From positions 80,788,001 to 80,852,000 of the forward strand of contig NC_045697.1 in the NCBI RefSeq assembly GCF_009834535.1: a stretch of 64,000 nt of DNA, read 5' to 3'. How positions within the stretch are numbered: position 1 is the stretch's first letter; each line of letters begins with the position of its first letter. Position numbers and translations under genes: made by a program. Below, piece after piece: positions 49,531 to 61,818 of this stretch. Source of the stretch: Camelus ferus (taxonomy: Eukaryota). The notes beneath the pieces are model-generated. The model saw only the letters and a list, made by a program, of their open reading frames with translations, ran no database searches and had not been told where the DNA came from.

Positions 49531-51479
49531 GGCGTGAAAACCTTCAAGAAGACAAGGCAGTTGGAGTTCAGGCACTGTGCCAGATAATTTATTTATATTA
49601 TCTTAGATCATACTTGGTATTAATAGTTTCTTTCTGTATTCCTCTATCACTGACTAAGGAAATGAGATCTAGGGAAGTTAAAAAAATGCCCCAGATTATG
49701 TTTCCTTAAATAATAAATCTGATTTTTAAGCACAGGTTTTTAATAATAGTCACAAGCCAACTGGCAAGAGTTCTTCTAAATCCGTACAGACGTTTACCAT
49801 TTGAAGCTGTAGGAAAATATGAATAAGGCAGAAAAGTTACATGCAATTTTATATTTTACTTCCCTAAATAACTTTCATTTTTACTGAAAGGAAAATACAC
49901 TTTAGATCATTATTTTCAATAGTTTCACTGTTCAGTAGATTTTCTATTCACCCATTGGGGTTAAGTTGATGATTCCTTCCGTTATAATATAAGATGTTCC
50001 CTTATAACCACAGAGTCAAGTCTGCATGAAACCTCACAAGATTAGTTTGTACACACATTTCCAAAGTTATTTTCTGAGATTTACATTATGAAGATCTATC
50101 TATTTTGCAGAGAACTACCTACTTCTTTTTAGTGTCAATTTAATATATGAACGATAAAATACATCATGTTAGAAATACAAGGGTAGGAAGGGAAGTATTT
50201 ATGCACATTAGAGCAGTGGTTTCCAAGTCAAATCTAAACAACATTGACTGGAGTAGGAGAAATATTGAAAGTTCTATTTATAGTTAATTTTACCTAAATG
50301 ACATTATTCTTAGTTTTTGGTCTTTTGTGGAATTTTGCTAAGTATTGAAACCTTTCTGTCTCCACTTGAATGTGTTTATATGTTATATTATTTTACATAA
50401 ACTGTTCTAATCCTAAAAAGTAGATTAGTAGCATAAAAAACCCTTTAATAAAATTGTACATACTTTTGATAATGCAAGTATGAAGAAGGAAGCAATAAGA
50501 AAATGACAGAGCTGATGCTTCTCCTAATATTTACCACTTTTTCGGTCACAAGGAAGTAAAGTCCATGAAGATTTAATTAAATATAACATGTCCAATCACG
50601 TCATTCTCACAAAGCTGTGTTCTAACTGATCATAATTTTACTGAGAGCAAAAATGATTTCTATACCATTATAAATTAAATTAATCATTTGAAATAGGATA
50701 TTTGGTATATTTTGTCTCGGTCACCTATTATTGTGTTTCTCATTTTCTGCATGTTTCAAGATGTTGACAATTCACGTGTACAGCTGCAAATGAATACAAT
50801 GTGAAACTAAATAGGGTACGTGTATTAGGATGCATGCTCAAATATGATGGGAGTGCCTCATCTAGAAAGTTTGGAGAACCTTGCTTAGAGAATATTAAGA
50901 ATATAAAAATACAAAGGAATAGTTTGTAGTTTGCATTTTAATTCACTAAGGGTTAGTTCATTAGTGTGCTCTTGCCCAGGGTTACAAAACTATTAAGCAG
51001 CGAATCCAGGATATAAGCCCAAGCGGTCTTACTTCAGAGCATGTGTTATTTCTCTCCTTTCTCTCAGAACTTTCTACATTTCTTACACTTAGAACAGTGT
51101 TTTGAGGTGGTATTCTGGTTGTGTGCACAACAGGCAGAAGAATTTTTATATATATGTGTTTCTACTGTATAGTGTAAAGCTTAATTGGAAGCTAGTGACA
51201 AAATACTATCTAATAGTATATATTTTTATTTTCAGATGAGCCTTTTGTGCAGAGAACCTATGGGTTAGTTACAGGTGACTTCCTTTCTTCATATATATAT
51301 GAAATGCTTTACAGTACAGAATGCATTCATTCATTCATTCATTCATTTTCACAGACTAAACAATTATTTACCAAATAATATCCTAGTGCTAAACTCTGTA
51401 AAGGATGCAGGCAAGATAGCAATAATCAAAACAGATAAAATCCCTGGTCTCAAGTAACTTTCTTCCTAGTACTGTACAC

Positions 51480-51849
51480 TGGCTCAGTCTGTTTGGGCTG
51501 CCGTAACAAACCACCATAGACTGAGTGGCTTACACAACAGACACTTATTTCTCATAGTTCTGGAGACTTGGGAAGTCCAAGATCAAGGCACTAGCAGATT
51601 TGGTGTCTGATGAGATCCCACTTCCTGGTTCACAGACTGCAGTCTTCTTGCAGTATCTTCATATGACTGAGGGGAAGAAAGGAGAGAGCTCTCTGGGGGT
51701 TTCTTACAAGGACACTAATCCCATTCATGAGGGCTCCACCCTCATAACCTAATCACTGCCCAAAGGCCTCATCTCCTAATACCATCACATTAGGGACTGG
51801 GGTGTCAACATATGAATTTTGGAGAAATACAAATATTCAGTCCACAGTA
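51480..51849 (-). mobile_element. MLT1A0-like solo LTR
   Basis: CAGTCTGTTTGGGCTGCCGTAACAAACCACCATAGACTGAGTGGCTTA ... ACTAATCCCATTCATGAGGGCTCCACCCTCATAACCTAATCAC ... ATTCAGTCCACAG. Confidence 0.92.
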
Positions 51850-52832
51850 GACACCAACATTTACTATGGCAGGCATGGGAAGAAGTAGGCTAAACATAAA
51901 TACAGATTTTTCCCTTCTTTAATTCTTTCTATTTATGCACTATGATTGACCTCACAAAAACAAACCCTAAGCAGAGGTGCAAAAGAAGAGCTATTTTACA
52001 TCAGTTCTGTTGGCAAACTCTCTTCTCTCTCATTTATCACATTCCCCATCCAGCCCAGACCTTGTGTCTCTAGTCTGAGGGGCTGCCAGGGGGACCCATC
52101 ATATTACCCCATTCTAGATCCTTCTCCCTGGCACTGCCAAATATTCCACGTGATTCGTGATTTTTCTTTGGTTGTACAATGTAACTGCCTGTCCTGTTTT
52201 CTTAAGACACTTCTAGATAAGTTTCTAGCTTGACACACTCTTTTGATAAGAATGTTATTAATAACTAGTTTCTAAGAAGCATAGAATACTCATTCTATTA
52301 AATAAATTTCTTTTAGGAATTTTGATATACATTAGAGTATAATGCTATACTCTTATTCATACTCTATTCATAATTTATTGCCTCCTCTATATACAACAAA
52401 TCTGTCCCAGTATCTTCAAGGTGATCAGTCCCCCAAAACCAAAAATGGACTCACCAGACAAGGAGTAGACTGAGTAAGCAGGAGTTTGTCTTCCCTGTCT
52501 GTGACAGTCACTGAAGAAGGGCTGCTCTTGATTGCCAGATCAAGGATGCACGCCATCATTTTGGCAGGCAGTGGTGGGTGTAATGTGAAAGACTACATCA
52601 AAACAAGGCTAGGATACAGAGAATGGCTTTTCATGTTGCAACACAATGTGGAAAAGTTATTTTAGCACAAATATATACTAGAAATAATCGTGCAGGATTT
52701 AATCTTGCCAGTGCTTAATACCTTTTATATATAAACCATAAGAATAGGTCGCCATAAGATTCTTTTATCTTCTCTGTTCATCACAAGATGTAATTGTCCC
52801 TCCACTCCCATTGCCAACCCAACTTTGCCCTA

Positions 52833-52870
52833 ACACATACAAACACACACACACGCACACACACACACAC
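52833..52870. repeat. Imperfect (CA)n microsatellite
   Basis: ACACATACAAACACACACACACGCACACACACACACAC. Confidence 0.9.
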
Positions 52871-54021
52871 TTTGGACCCTATACAAAACAGAACTGGACA
52901 AAGATAACTCATCAGCAACCCAAAACACAAGTCGAGTATAAGACCTAATGGGAGGAAGTGGCTAAAAGGATGAGGAGTTGTGGGAGACACTCTGTGATGA
53001 CCGTGACTACCAGTAGGCAGTGGGTGAGACCATGTTAGGTGCTCCAAGTATTTATAACTAAAACTGTGTACATTTTGGATAAAATTTAATAGACTAGAAA
53101 TCCACTTTTATATGTCTGCCCCTCAGTAACACAAAGTAAAGGTTTAATCTGTATGTATCAGTTTCCCTGGCTGATTTGATCATATTATTATGGACTTTAA
53201 TTCTCTTCTTTCTTTGATAAGAATAAAAATGCTAGAATGACCTGTAGCAGAGAAGCAGATGCTATTATGCAAGATTGTTGAACATGGTGTATATCTAAGT
53301 CTAAATCTATATCTATTTCTATATCAAAATATTCATTATTCTGAAGGAAAGAATGTTCCAACATATGAACTGTTAACAGAATATGCCAATGAGGAAAAAC
53401 AGTCTTAGCACAAATTATGATTTAGTTTAGAAAATGCTTTCAGAAACTAACGTAATATTGTACATCAACTATATTTTAACTGAAAAAAAAGAAAATGTTT
53501 TCAAGTAAATTACACAGTATGATTAGTAATAATTTCACAGTAAGGGTCATTTTGTGAGAACGATATTTGTGATAAATACTTTAATCAGAGACCCAGAATT
53601 ATGCTATGCTGGAAGTTTACTTTGTTGGTTTCCTTCAAAACCTCCCATAGGAGATGTCACCTGTGCAGTGTTTTGAAAGTTCCAGTTGTTTGGCAAAGAT
53701 TCTTAAACATTTTTTTTTAATGACGACTTGCTTTCAGAATAAATGAAAGGCATATCCACTAGCAGTATGGGAAGAAGGGGGATGGGCCAGAGCAGATGTG
53801 ATCAGGAAGCTACTCTTTTTGTAGCCTAGCAGATTGCCTGAAACCGCCAGCCCTCAATCAGTTCGAAAACTACTGCATTCTCTGTGATCCCGGGTTCTAA
53901 AAGCTAAAGTGTTTTTGAGTTTTTGAGGGGAGGCAAAAGTCTGGAGGTGATCATTTTGAATCATGGAAAATATATTACGCAAATGTTCTAAGTATGAAAA
54001 TTGAGAAACAAAACATAGGCT

Positions 54022-54570
54022 TGTAGTAAGGGATAGGGAGGTGAGGGGTGGATAATTTTCCTCTACTCTTTTGAGTTTCTAGTTGAAAACCCTGTGACAG
54101 AAGACTGTTAATAAGAGGGAAACAAATGGAAGTTTATTAATACATGTCCCTTATGTATATATGGGAGATACTCAGGGGAAAATGAATAATTGAAAGAGGT
54201 GGCTTAGAATTCAGGCTTAGGTACCATATTAATAGGGAAAGGGGAGGGGAGATGCAGACCTCTTAGGGGAGAGTAAATGATTTTTAAGAAAGGTGAATGG
54301 GCTCTTAGAAGAATAGATGGTTCGTGATAGTCTGTGACAAAGTTTGTGTGTGTCAACCTTTAGTCTCGTTTCCTGTGATGAGTCAATCTTCCCTGGCTGA
54401 TGAACTGTCCAGGGAGGGGATTTATGACAATTGAGTTCCTTTTGGAGGCAGATAAAGGCAGTACAAAGAAGGCCACTCCTTGCATTTGCTGATTTTCAAG
54501 TGTCCCCAGATCAAAATAATTAATATACCAAGGTGGCATATTTTGGGCTGGCATATTCTGCTACTCGTCA
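54022..54570 (-). mobile_element. MER34A-like ERV1 solo LTR
   Basis: TCAAAATAATTAATATACCAAGGTGGCATATTTTGGGCTGGCATATTCTG near the terminus is characteristic of MER34. Minus-strand AATAAA (GTTTATT ~54132); flanks AGGCT/AGGTT. Confidence 0.85.
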
Positions 54571-55799
54571 AGGTTGAAAGTCAAGGATGTGTCAGTCTTG
54601 GTCATGATTTGTTACTGGTTTTAGAGTAAGTCTTTGGAAGAATGGAATGCGGTAAGGGCACATATGTCAATGTACCCTTTCATGACCCATTATGGTAGAT
54701 TGCTTAAAGATTTTGAATTAAGTAACAGGGTTTATAAAAATGTGCACAATGCAGAGGGGACCATGGAACTTGACCAGAAAGCCAGTGTAGTTTAAAGAAA
54801 TATTGTGAGGAAGCATTTATTGCCAAGATCTGTAAATCAAAATTAGGGAAAGAATTAACTTGAGTGCCGCCTTAAATTTCTCACATAGTGCAATTAACTT
54901 AGGTGGAGAAGAACTGAGAATATGGCAAAATTTTGACTCAAAATAGGTTGACAGGAGTGGTGACTCAGCATCAAGCCTTAGTGAGTGGTGCAAAAGTTTT
55001 AGATAGACAGTCAGTGGGAGTCGAGAACCTGCAAGCTCAACTTTTGGGAATGGAGGTAAGGCATCAAAAGAAAGGACTCTGTTTAAATTCTAGGCAAAAT
55101 TGCCCAGCTCTTGTTACTAATATGAGAATATTCATGTAATCTCCAAGTACACACTCCCAAGTCATCACTCATTTGTGTTGGAGACAATAGTGAATGTTTA
55201 AAACAATCTCCAAAAGGGCATGGGGCCCTAGCCTGGTACAGCTGGGTTTTGCAGGTCACTGAGTCCCATCTCACTTCACAACCTGGTGACCCCACCTCAA
55301 TTCCACTCTGCTCTCACTCAAGCTTCCTTCCCTATGGGTTGGTAGAAGGTACTGATTCAGATAAAGTGAGAACCTTGTCAATTTGTATGGAACATACTAA
55401 GTCACTTTAAATTTTTCATTAATTTTATCAGCCTATCGCACTAATTTCTACTGACAAAACTTCCTATGGTTCTGCCTTTGTGGTTTGAATGCAAAGATAA
55501 AAAAGTACAAGAGTTGATTGTGAACGGCATGGAATTTCCAGAGCAAGTTTTGAGGTTGACAGAATAAGTGTTGCTTTTGTGAGGGCATGACTTTGAAAGT
55601 TGTACCTACTTACATCTTCCGCAGTGGCCACCAATGTATTTGTTCAGTTTTTCTTATTTTTGTTTTTATTGTTTAGCCTGGATTCCTAAGGGTTGCTTCT
55701 GTGTCTTCACGGCTTAATGATCAGGCAACGATTTTAGCCCTAAGGCTTCCACCCTCTGCCAACTCATCTGTGTAAGTTGGTGAAAATTGAAGCCAATTA

Positions 55800-56320
55800 C
55801 AGGTCCTTTTGGAGAACATGGAGAGCTAATGCCTTGTGCATCTCTATTTGGTAGACTCATTCAAGCAGGCCCATTTCCTTGAACCTTTAGTTTCCTTTTT
55901 CCACAGTTTGCCTGCAGCAATCTAGTATCTCTACTTCATTTACTGTAGGCTGCTGCTTTCAAGAGCCATCTTGCAGCATGTTGGAATCATCCTGGAGCTC
56001 TGTGCATAACTCCATGTTGACCAACTCTCTCCTATCCAGCTCCCCTCTTGACCCAGCAGCCTAAATGTCCACTCCTAGGAACTCTCTTCTAGTTTATCCC
56101 AATACGTGGAACATGTCTTTTTAATACCTTCGTGCCAATGATTAAACATTGCCTGTGATCTGCAGCTACTGATGAGCATAGACCCCTAAGCTAGATGCCT
56201 TCTGTTTGGCTGAGGTTTATTCTTTCAAGAAGGAAGCAGCTGACATCACTCACAACACTTGGCTGTTGAGTGCAGCATGCAGGAAAATGGGACCTGAGCA
56301 AGGTACCAACAGCATTCACT
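55800..56320 (-). mobile_element. MaLR/ERVL internal 5' fragment
   Basis: Minus strand begins ..TTGGTACCTTGCTCAGGTCC.., like the start of an ERVL/MaLR internal region, followed by degraded gag-like sequence. Confidence 0.45.
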
Positions 56321-56565
56321 TTACCTGACACCCAGAGAGATGCTAATGGTGAGATGCCTGGAGGAAATACACTCCCTGATCTCCATTCTGCTGATCTGAG
56401 TAGTGACTTCTTTAGTGCACTCTGAATGTTGCAAAATCATTAGCAGAAACTGAAGTTTTGAACTGTTTGTACATTCTGGACTTCATGTTTATGCTTGCTA
56501 TGTCAACATTAAGGCTGTATTGATACAAACTGCACCACACCTCTTTTGCATATTAAGTGTTGTAT

Positions 56566-57121
56566 TGAGGCAGGGAAGCCCCATGGAAGGACCAGCAGGA
56601 CCCCCAGGCAGGGCCACTACTCTCCTGCTAGCACTATCCGGTTCCCTGGCCCAGAGGCTCTATCTCACTTTTTGCCTCTGAAACAGCTTACTTACACTTA
56701 AAATTCTATTGGTTCTCTGAGCTCACTTCCTGATTGGTTATTTCCTTCACTCCTGATTGGTTCATTTCCTTAACTTCTGATTGGTCCATTTGTAGTACTT
56801 CATTTGCATGGAGCTCACTCCTGATTGGTTATTTCTCTCACTCCTGATTGCTCCATTTCTTCAAAGCTTGTTCTTAATTAGTCAACTTTCCTTATACCTT
56901 ATTTACATATGATGTTGCAAAGTGTAAACTGGCAGCCTATAAAAGCTGGTGTAAACCTACAGACAGGGGTCCAGAGGTTGGAGTGTTAACTCTTCTGGGT
57001 CTGCTGGCATAATAAACCTGAGTTCTCCAACTCTCCGAGTGCTGCTTGGTCTCTCGACAGGATCCGGGTTGCTTTCCCAACTGAGCTGTAACACCGAGCT
57101 GTAACACATTTTTCCACAACA
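56566..57121 (+). mobile_element. Young MER41-like ERV1 solo LTR
   Basis: TGAGGCAGG...CCACAACA (TG..CA termini), perfect 4-bp target-site duplication GTAT (56562-56565 and 57122-57125), TATAAAA at 56938-56944 and AATAAA at 57011-57016. Confidence 0.88.
56700..56945 (+). promoter_or_regulatory. LTR U3 promoter: tandem CCAAT (ATTGG) boxes, octamer and TATA box
   Basis: ATTGG at 56708, 56733, 56756, 56780 and 56824 (plus degenerate ATTGC at 56847) in ~23-nt repeats; ATTTGCAT at 56802-56809; TATAAAA at 56938. Confidence 0.7.
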
Positions 57122-59169
57122 GTATGGCAGGAATTCTTTTCCTATTTTTAAAACAAATCTCAAATTTTCTTTCATTCATCTTATCTAGTGCAAGGAAATT
57201 CCTATTTAAAAGTACTCCCTTTCTGACATACAGAATAGAAGCCATCTTATCCAACCCCTAAGGTATAAGAGTTAATTGGTTATTTGAAAATGTTATTTGA
57301 AGTAACAGAAAAGAAAGGATGTATAAGTCTCTTAAACATTGTATTTTACTTTAAAACATACAAATGTACCTTTCTTAGTTAATTTGGGGAGAAGGCCTTT
57401 CCATTGAGTGTGGGGTCCTTTTCCATCTCACACACACAAAATGCAGTTGTATTTTCTCAAAAGTAGAGTGAAAAGAGGTCTAGTTCAGAAATTCCTTTAT
57501 TTTATAAATTTTTCAGACTTTTAGTGTTGCTGTGTCTATTTTAATTAAGTAGCAACTCACAACTATTGAAAATTTCAAAAGCATTAATAGAGAAGACTCT
57601 TTGACTATGTACCCACTCATCTGTTTATGCAATATTTAGTTAAATTACAAAATTACAGTGACAATTACAGTCATGTAATAGGTCTTGGGAAAAGTGCAGC
57701 TGATTCTTGGTAAGCATATGATTCAGCTGATAAAAGCAATAGAGCATAGCAGAGATCAGACCCCCAGGTAAATGCATTTAACAAGTCAGTATGTTTTATA
57801 TTGCTTGTTAATCTGGAGTAAGTATTTGGGAGGTTAATCTATACTCTTAGCCATCTTGGAAAATAGGGGGCATGTTCTGGCCTTTTATATCCACAAGTCC
57901 CATGAATACTAAAAGGGTAACTCCTCCTCAGTGGAGAACTCCACCAGGATCGTCTTAACCTCATTCTACTCTATAGTTGCAAATTTCAAATTTTATTTAT
58001 TTATTTGTCTAGTTTAGTGCCAGAACTTTTTTTTTTTTCATTCAAAACCTTATAAGCATTCTAATAGATTAAAAAGAAAATTCTAATTAAAGAAGTGTCC
58101 TCAAGCCTCATCTATTTTGATTCTCATTTGCTGAAGAAAATGGCCACTGAAGTTGAGTTGTAAGGAATCCAGTTTGAATACCACCAGCTAAAGGATAGCC
58201 TTATTTCAAAATTCTTCAAGTTAACATTGTTGCCTGTAGAATAATATCTTTTTATAGATTCAAATCTCTTATATAAAAGGGGAGTTTTTTGTTTTTTTCT
58301 TTAATAAACTTTGAAAGGTGTGGGGTTAGGGGATGACAAGTTGTAAGAAATATTCTCTGAGTAATTTCTCACTACCTTAACTTCTACCCTGAACATAAAA
58401 ATAACCAGAGAAGAATGACCAGTCTTTTTCTATGTGAACTTTATACTGCTGTCCACAGCAGCTTTCCTTCCACATTGTGTTCCTATTTTAACTCTGGCCT
58501 TGAAAGCTCAGTCTAAATGTCATAAAAAATAGTGGCTTTGAGAGTAAGAATCTGTGCACTCTAGATCTTCAGTGTCCTTTAGGCCTAAGACTAAGAGTGT
58601 TTTATAGCTTTACACTCAGCTGGCCTCAATTCTGACTGTAGCAAAATTGGATTATTGTACCACATAATGAAGATAATAAGGAAGGAGTATCTGTGAATTG
58701 CGTTAAAGAATTTGTTGGATGAGTCAGCATTTGAGAAAGGCTTCTGGCCTTAGATCACAGAAATTTCAGGCAATAAGGGCTTTAGAAATCATTGATTCCC
58801 CAGAAGTGGTAAGTGGCATGCCCACACAGCTGGTAAATGGCACAAACCATGAATCGCCTTAGGCCTCATTTTAGTGTTTTTTCCCTCAGTATAAACGGTC
58901 CTTAACCTTTTCTGCTGCTGTTGTTGTTCTTGGACTCCTATGTGAGTATAAGGAAAATAATGAACTCAGTCCTGAAAAAGTGTACATATTCTAACTATAT
59001 CAGAGTTTGCATACATCATCTGGCTGACAATCTCAATTTACTTGTCCTTGTATCTAGTTTAAGGATGAGCAAAGACTTCGTTTTTTCCTTTAAATTTCCT
59101 TTAAATTTCTATGTATTTCTAATAACTATATATTTTATTTTCAGTTTATCATTTTATAAAAAGATATGC

Positions 59170-59170
<1 letters not shown>

Positions 59171-59200
<30 letters not shown>
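59171..59200. repeat. (TG)n(TA)n compound microsatellite
   Basis: GTGTGTGTGTGTATATATATATATATATAT. Confidence 0.9.
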
Positions 59201-59264
59201 TTAGGGGGGCTACTTTTAAAATAAATATTATATAGCTGTCCATTTAGTTTTTTATTATTTATCA

Positions 59265-60340
59265 TATGTTTAGTATACTGATACTTCAATTTACGTACAG
59301 TGAAATTCACATTTTCCCCCCACAGTTCTGTGAGATATGACAAATGAATGAGCTGTATAACTATCACCACAATCAGCATACAGAGCAGATCCCTCATCTC
59401 CAAAAATGTCTTTACACTACTTAATTTTTATCAAATCCACTCTGTAACCCTAATCTTTTGCAACCACCTGTCTGTTCTCCATCTCTATAGTTTTGCCTGT
59501 TTCAGAATTTCATTTTAATGGAATCACATAGTAAGTAATTTTTTGACTCTGGTTTCTTTCAAACATTTTTCATAACGCATTTGAGAGTCATTCAGGTTAT
59601 TCTTTTCTTCTTTTTTCTTTCCTAGTAATTTGTGCTCTTATTTTATTTGCTTTTTATTGAGGTAACATTGACTTATAACCTTATATGAGTTTCATGTGTA
59701 TAACAATATATTTTGATTCTGTATATACTCTACCATGCTCATCACCAAAAGGTTACTTTCCATCTGTCACTATACAGTTGACTTCCTTTACCCATTTTGC
59801 CCTCCCCCTAAGCCCTTTCCCTGCTGGTAACCACTACTCTGTTTCCTGTATCTATGTGTTTGGGTTTTTTTGGATTGGTTTGTTCATTTTATTTTGTTTG
59901 TTTCACACATGAGTGAAATCATACATTGTTTATCTTTCTCTGTCTGACTTATTTAACTTAGACTAATACCCTCAAGGTCCATCTGTGTTGTCATCAATTG
60001 CAAGATTTCACCTTTTTCATGATTGAGTAGTATTCTATTGTGTGTTTGTGTGTACATATATATACATCTGTTTTATGAATATACCGGTTGTTTATCCATG
60101 TATCCACTGAAGAACATTTGGTTATTTCCAGTTTGGATCCAATATGAATACAGCTGCAATAAACATAGGCATTTTGTGTGAATATTAACTTTCATTCTCT
60201 AGGATTAATACATAGGAGTGGGATTGCTAAATTTAATGGTAGGTATATGCTTAACTTTTTAAGAAATTATTGAACTATTTCCCAGAGTAGCTCTACCATT
60301 TTTCTTCCCCATCAACAGTGTATGAGTGATCCAGTCTTGA
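59265..60340 (-). mobile_element. L1MB-like 3' region with a younger L1 3' end nested at ~59645-60065
   Basis: The older element (CAGTGAAATTCACATT...TTGAGAGTCATTCAGGTT) is interrupted by TTTTTATTGAGGTAACATTGACTTATAAC...GAGTAGTATTCTATTGTG and resumes at ~60090 (TATCCACTGAAGAACATTTGGTTATTTCCAG). Confidence 0.85.
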
Positions 60341-61770
60341 CCTTTTTTCAATATAATATTACAAATTAAACTATAATTAGTCTTCCTGCATACCTACTCT
60401 AAACCAGTCACTCTGCATACAGAAAGAACATACCAGATAGAGAACTGAGCAATTCTAATGAATAATAAATGAATTAATCATGCTACTTCAACCACTTTCT
60501 GGTTTTGATTTTAACTTTGTCATTATAAGGCTGCCATGTTGTTCACCTCTAAATGGCACCACTCACTTCCTAGTCAATAGAATTTTGCCCTAATCATTGC
60601 TTTTAGGTCTTTAGTGAATACACACAGTGAGCAGAATCATCATGTGGGTGGATTTGCCATTTTCATTTCATCTTTTATCATAGTATACTATCAAAGCAGA
60701 TAAAATAGTCAAAAGCAGCTCCTAAAACCAATTTTAGAGTCTTTAAAATGTATGTATAAATATGAATTTTCATAGCAGCATAAATTATTTCCCAAAATGT
60801 ATTTACTAAAAAATCAGTGTTCATGTGTTTAATTTAGGATGTGTAGTGTAAAGGAGAATATTAGGTTAAATAAATTTGGAATAACATAATTAAGCATTTT
60901 TCTCTATGTCTTTATCATTTAGAGACTTTAATATTTTATAGTAAATAGGAAGCTAACCAATAGATAATTTTCCAAACTTATTTTATCATGGGACCCTTAT
61001 TAAGGAATTCCACAGAAAATTATGAACTGGTAACATAAAGAATTATAGAGAACAGTAGAAGAAAACTCATTCATAGTAGCACTTATTCCAGGTGATTAGT
61101 TATTATCTGACTCAATTTCATGTAGATCATCTGAGAATGGTATTACAAATTGAATGTAAAGTATGAAGTACCTGTAGGAATAAAGTGGATTGATTAGAAC
61201 ATTTTTATAAAGCTAGAATATTTGTAGACACCACCAATGCATAACCTGTCATAAGCAAATGTCAGGAACAATTTACAGAATAGTTAGCATCTTAGGAGCA
61301 ATGGTTTTAGTTGACATTTCTATCAACACGTTCTATTTTCTATAATGTTTCTATAGGCTGACCAGAGATAGCTCTTACTCAGAAAGTCAAGGATTTCTGC
61401 CTCCTAGAGTGTCTGAGGTGTTAAACCTAGTATGTTCAATTCAGGTGGTAGATTTTTTAAAAAGTGCTACAGAGTGTAGCCATGGGAGGCATTCATTCCG
61501 CTCTTAAGATAAAGCCAAAAGCGAAAAGTGGAAGAGTGAAATGAAAGAAACATTCTAGTAGTCTCCATGGATAACTTAATGCTTTTAACTGAGTATTCCT
61601 TTTTAGGTACTCCAGGAATAAAGAAGGAAAAAAAATGTTTCTACAAGATTTTGTTTCTTTTTTTGTTTCAAAGAGAGATTCAATATCATTTGTGCCTGCA
61701 GAAATTTATCATACATTAAACTTAAGGCTGCATGTCATTTAATAGTTTCAGCATTCCAGAACCCCTGATT

Positions 61771-61771
<1 letters not shown>

Positions 61772-61818
<47 letters not shown>
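61772..61818. repeat. (TATC)n tetranucleotide microsatellite
   Basis: About 11 perfect TATC units followed by degenerate units. Confidence 0.95.

Noticed and set aside
49204..49575. 123-aa minus-strand ORF
   Set aside because: Lies within an old LTR remnant, starts at a non-ATG codon and has no recognisable domain.
47252..51274. Plus-strand exon-like segments (~47.25, 47.41, 47.54, 47.70, 50.11 and 51.24 kb)
   Set aside because: Some implied introns are implausibly short (~40 nt), stops are present and no homolog is recognised, so they cannot be distinguished from chance without a search.
56700..56860. ~23-nt repeats as a CRISPR-like array
   Set aside because: No unique spacers and no cas genes; these are CCAAT repeats in a retroviral LTR U3 in mammalian DNA.
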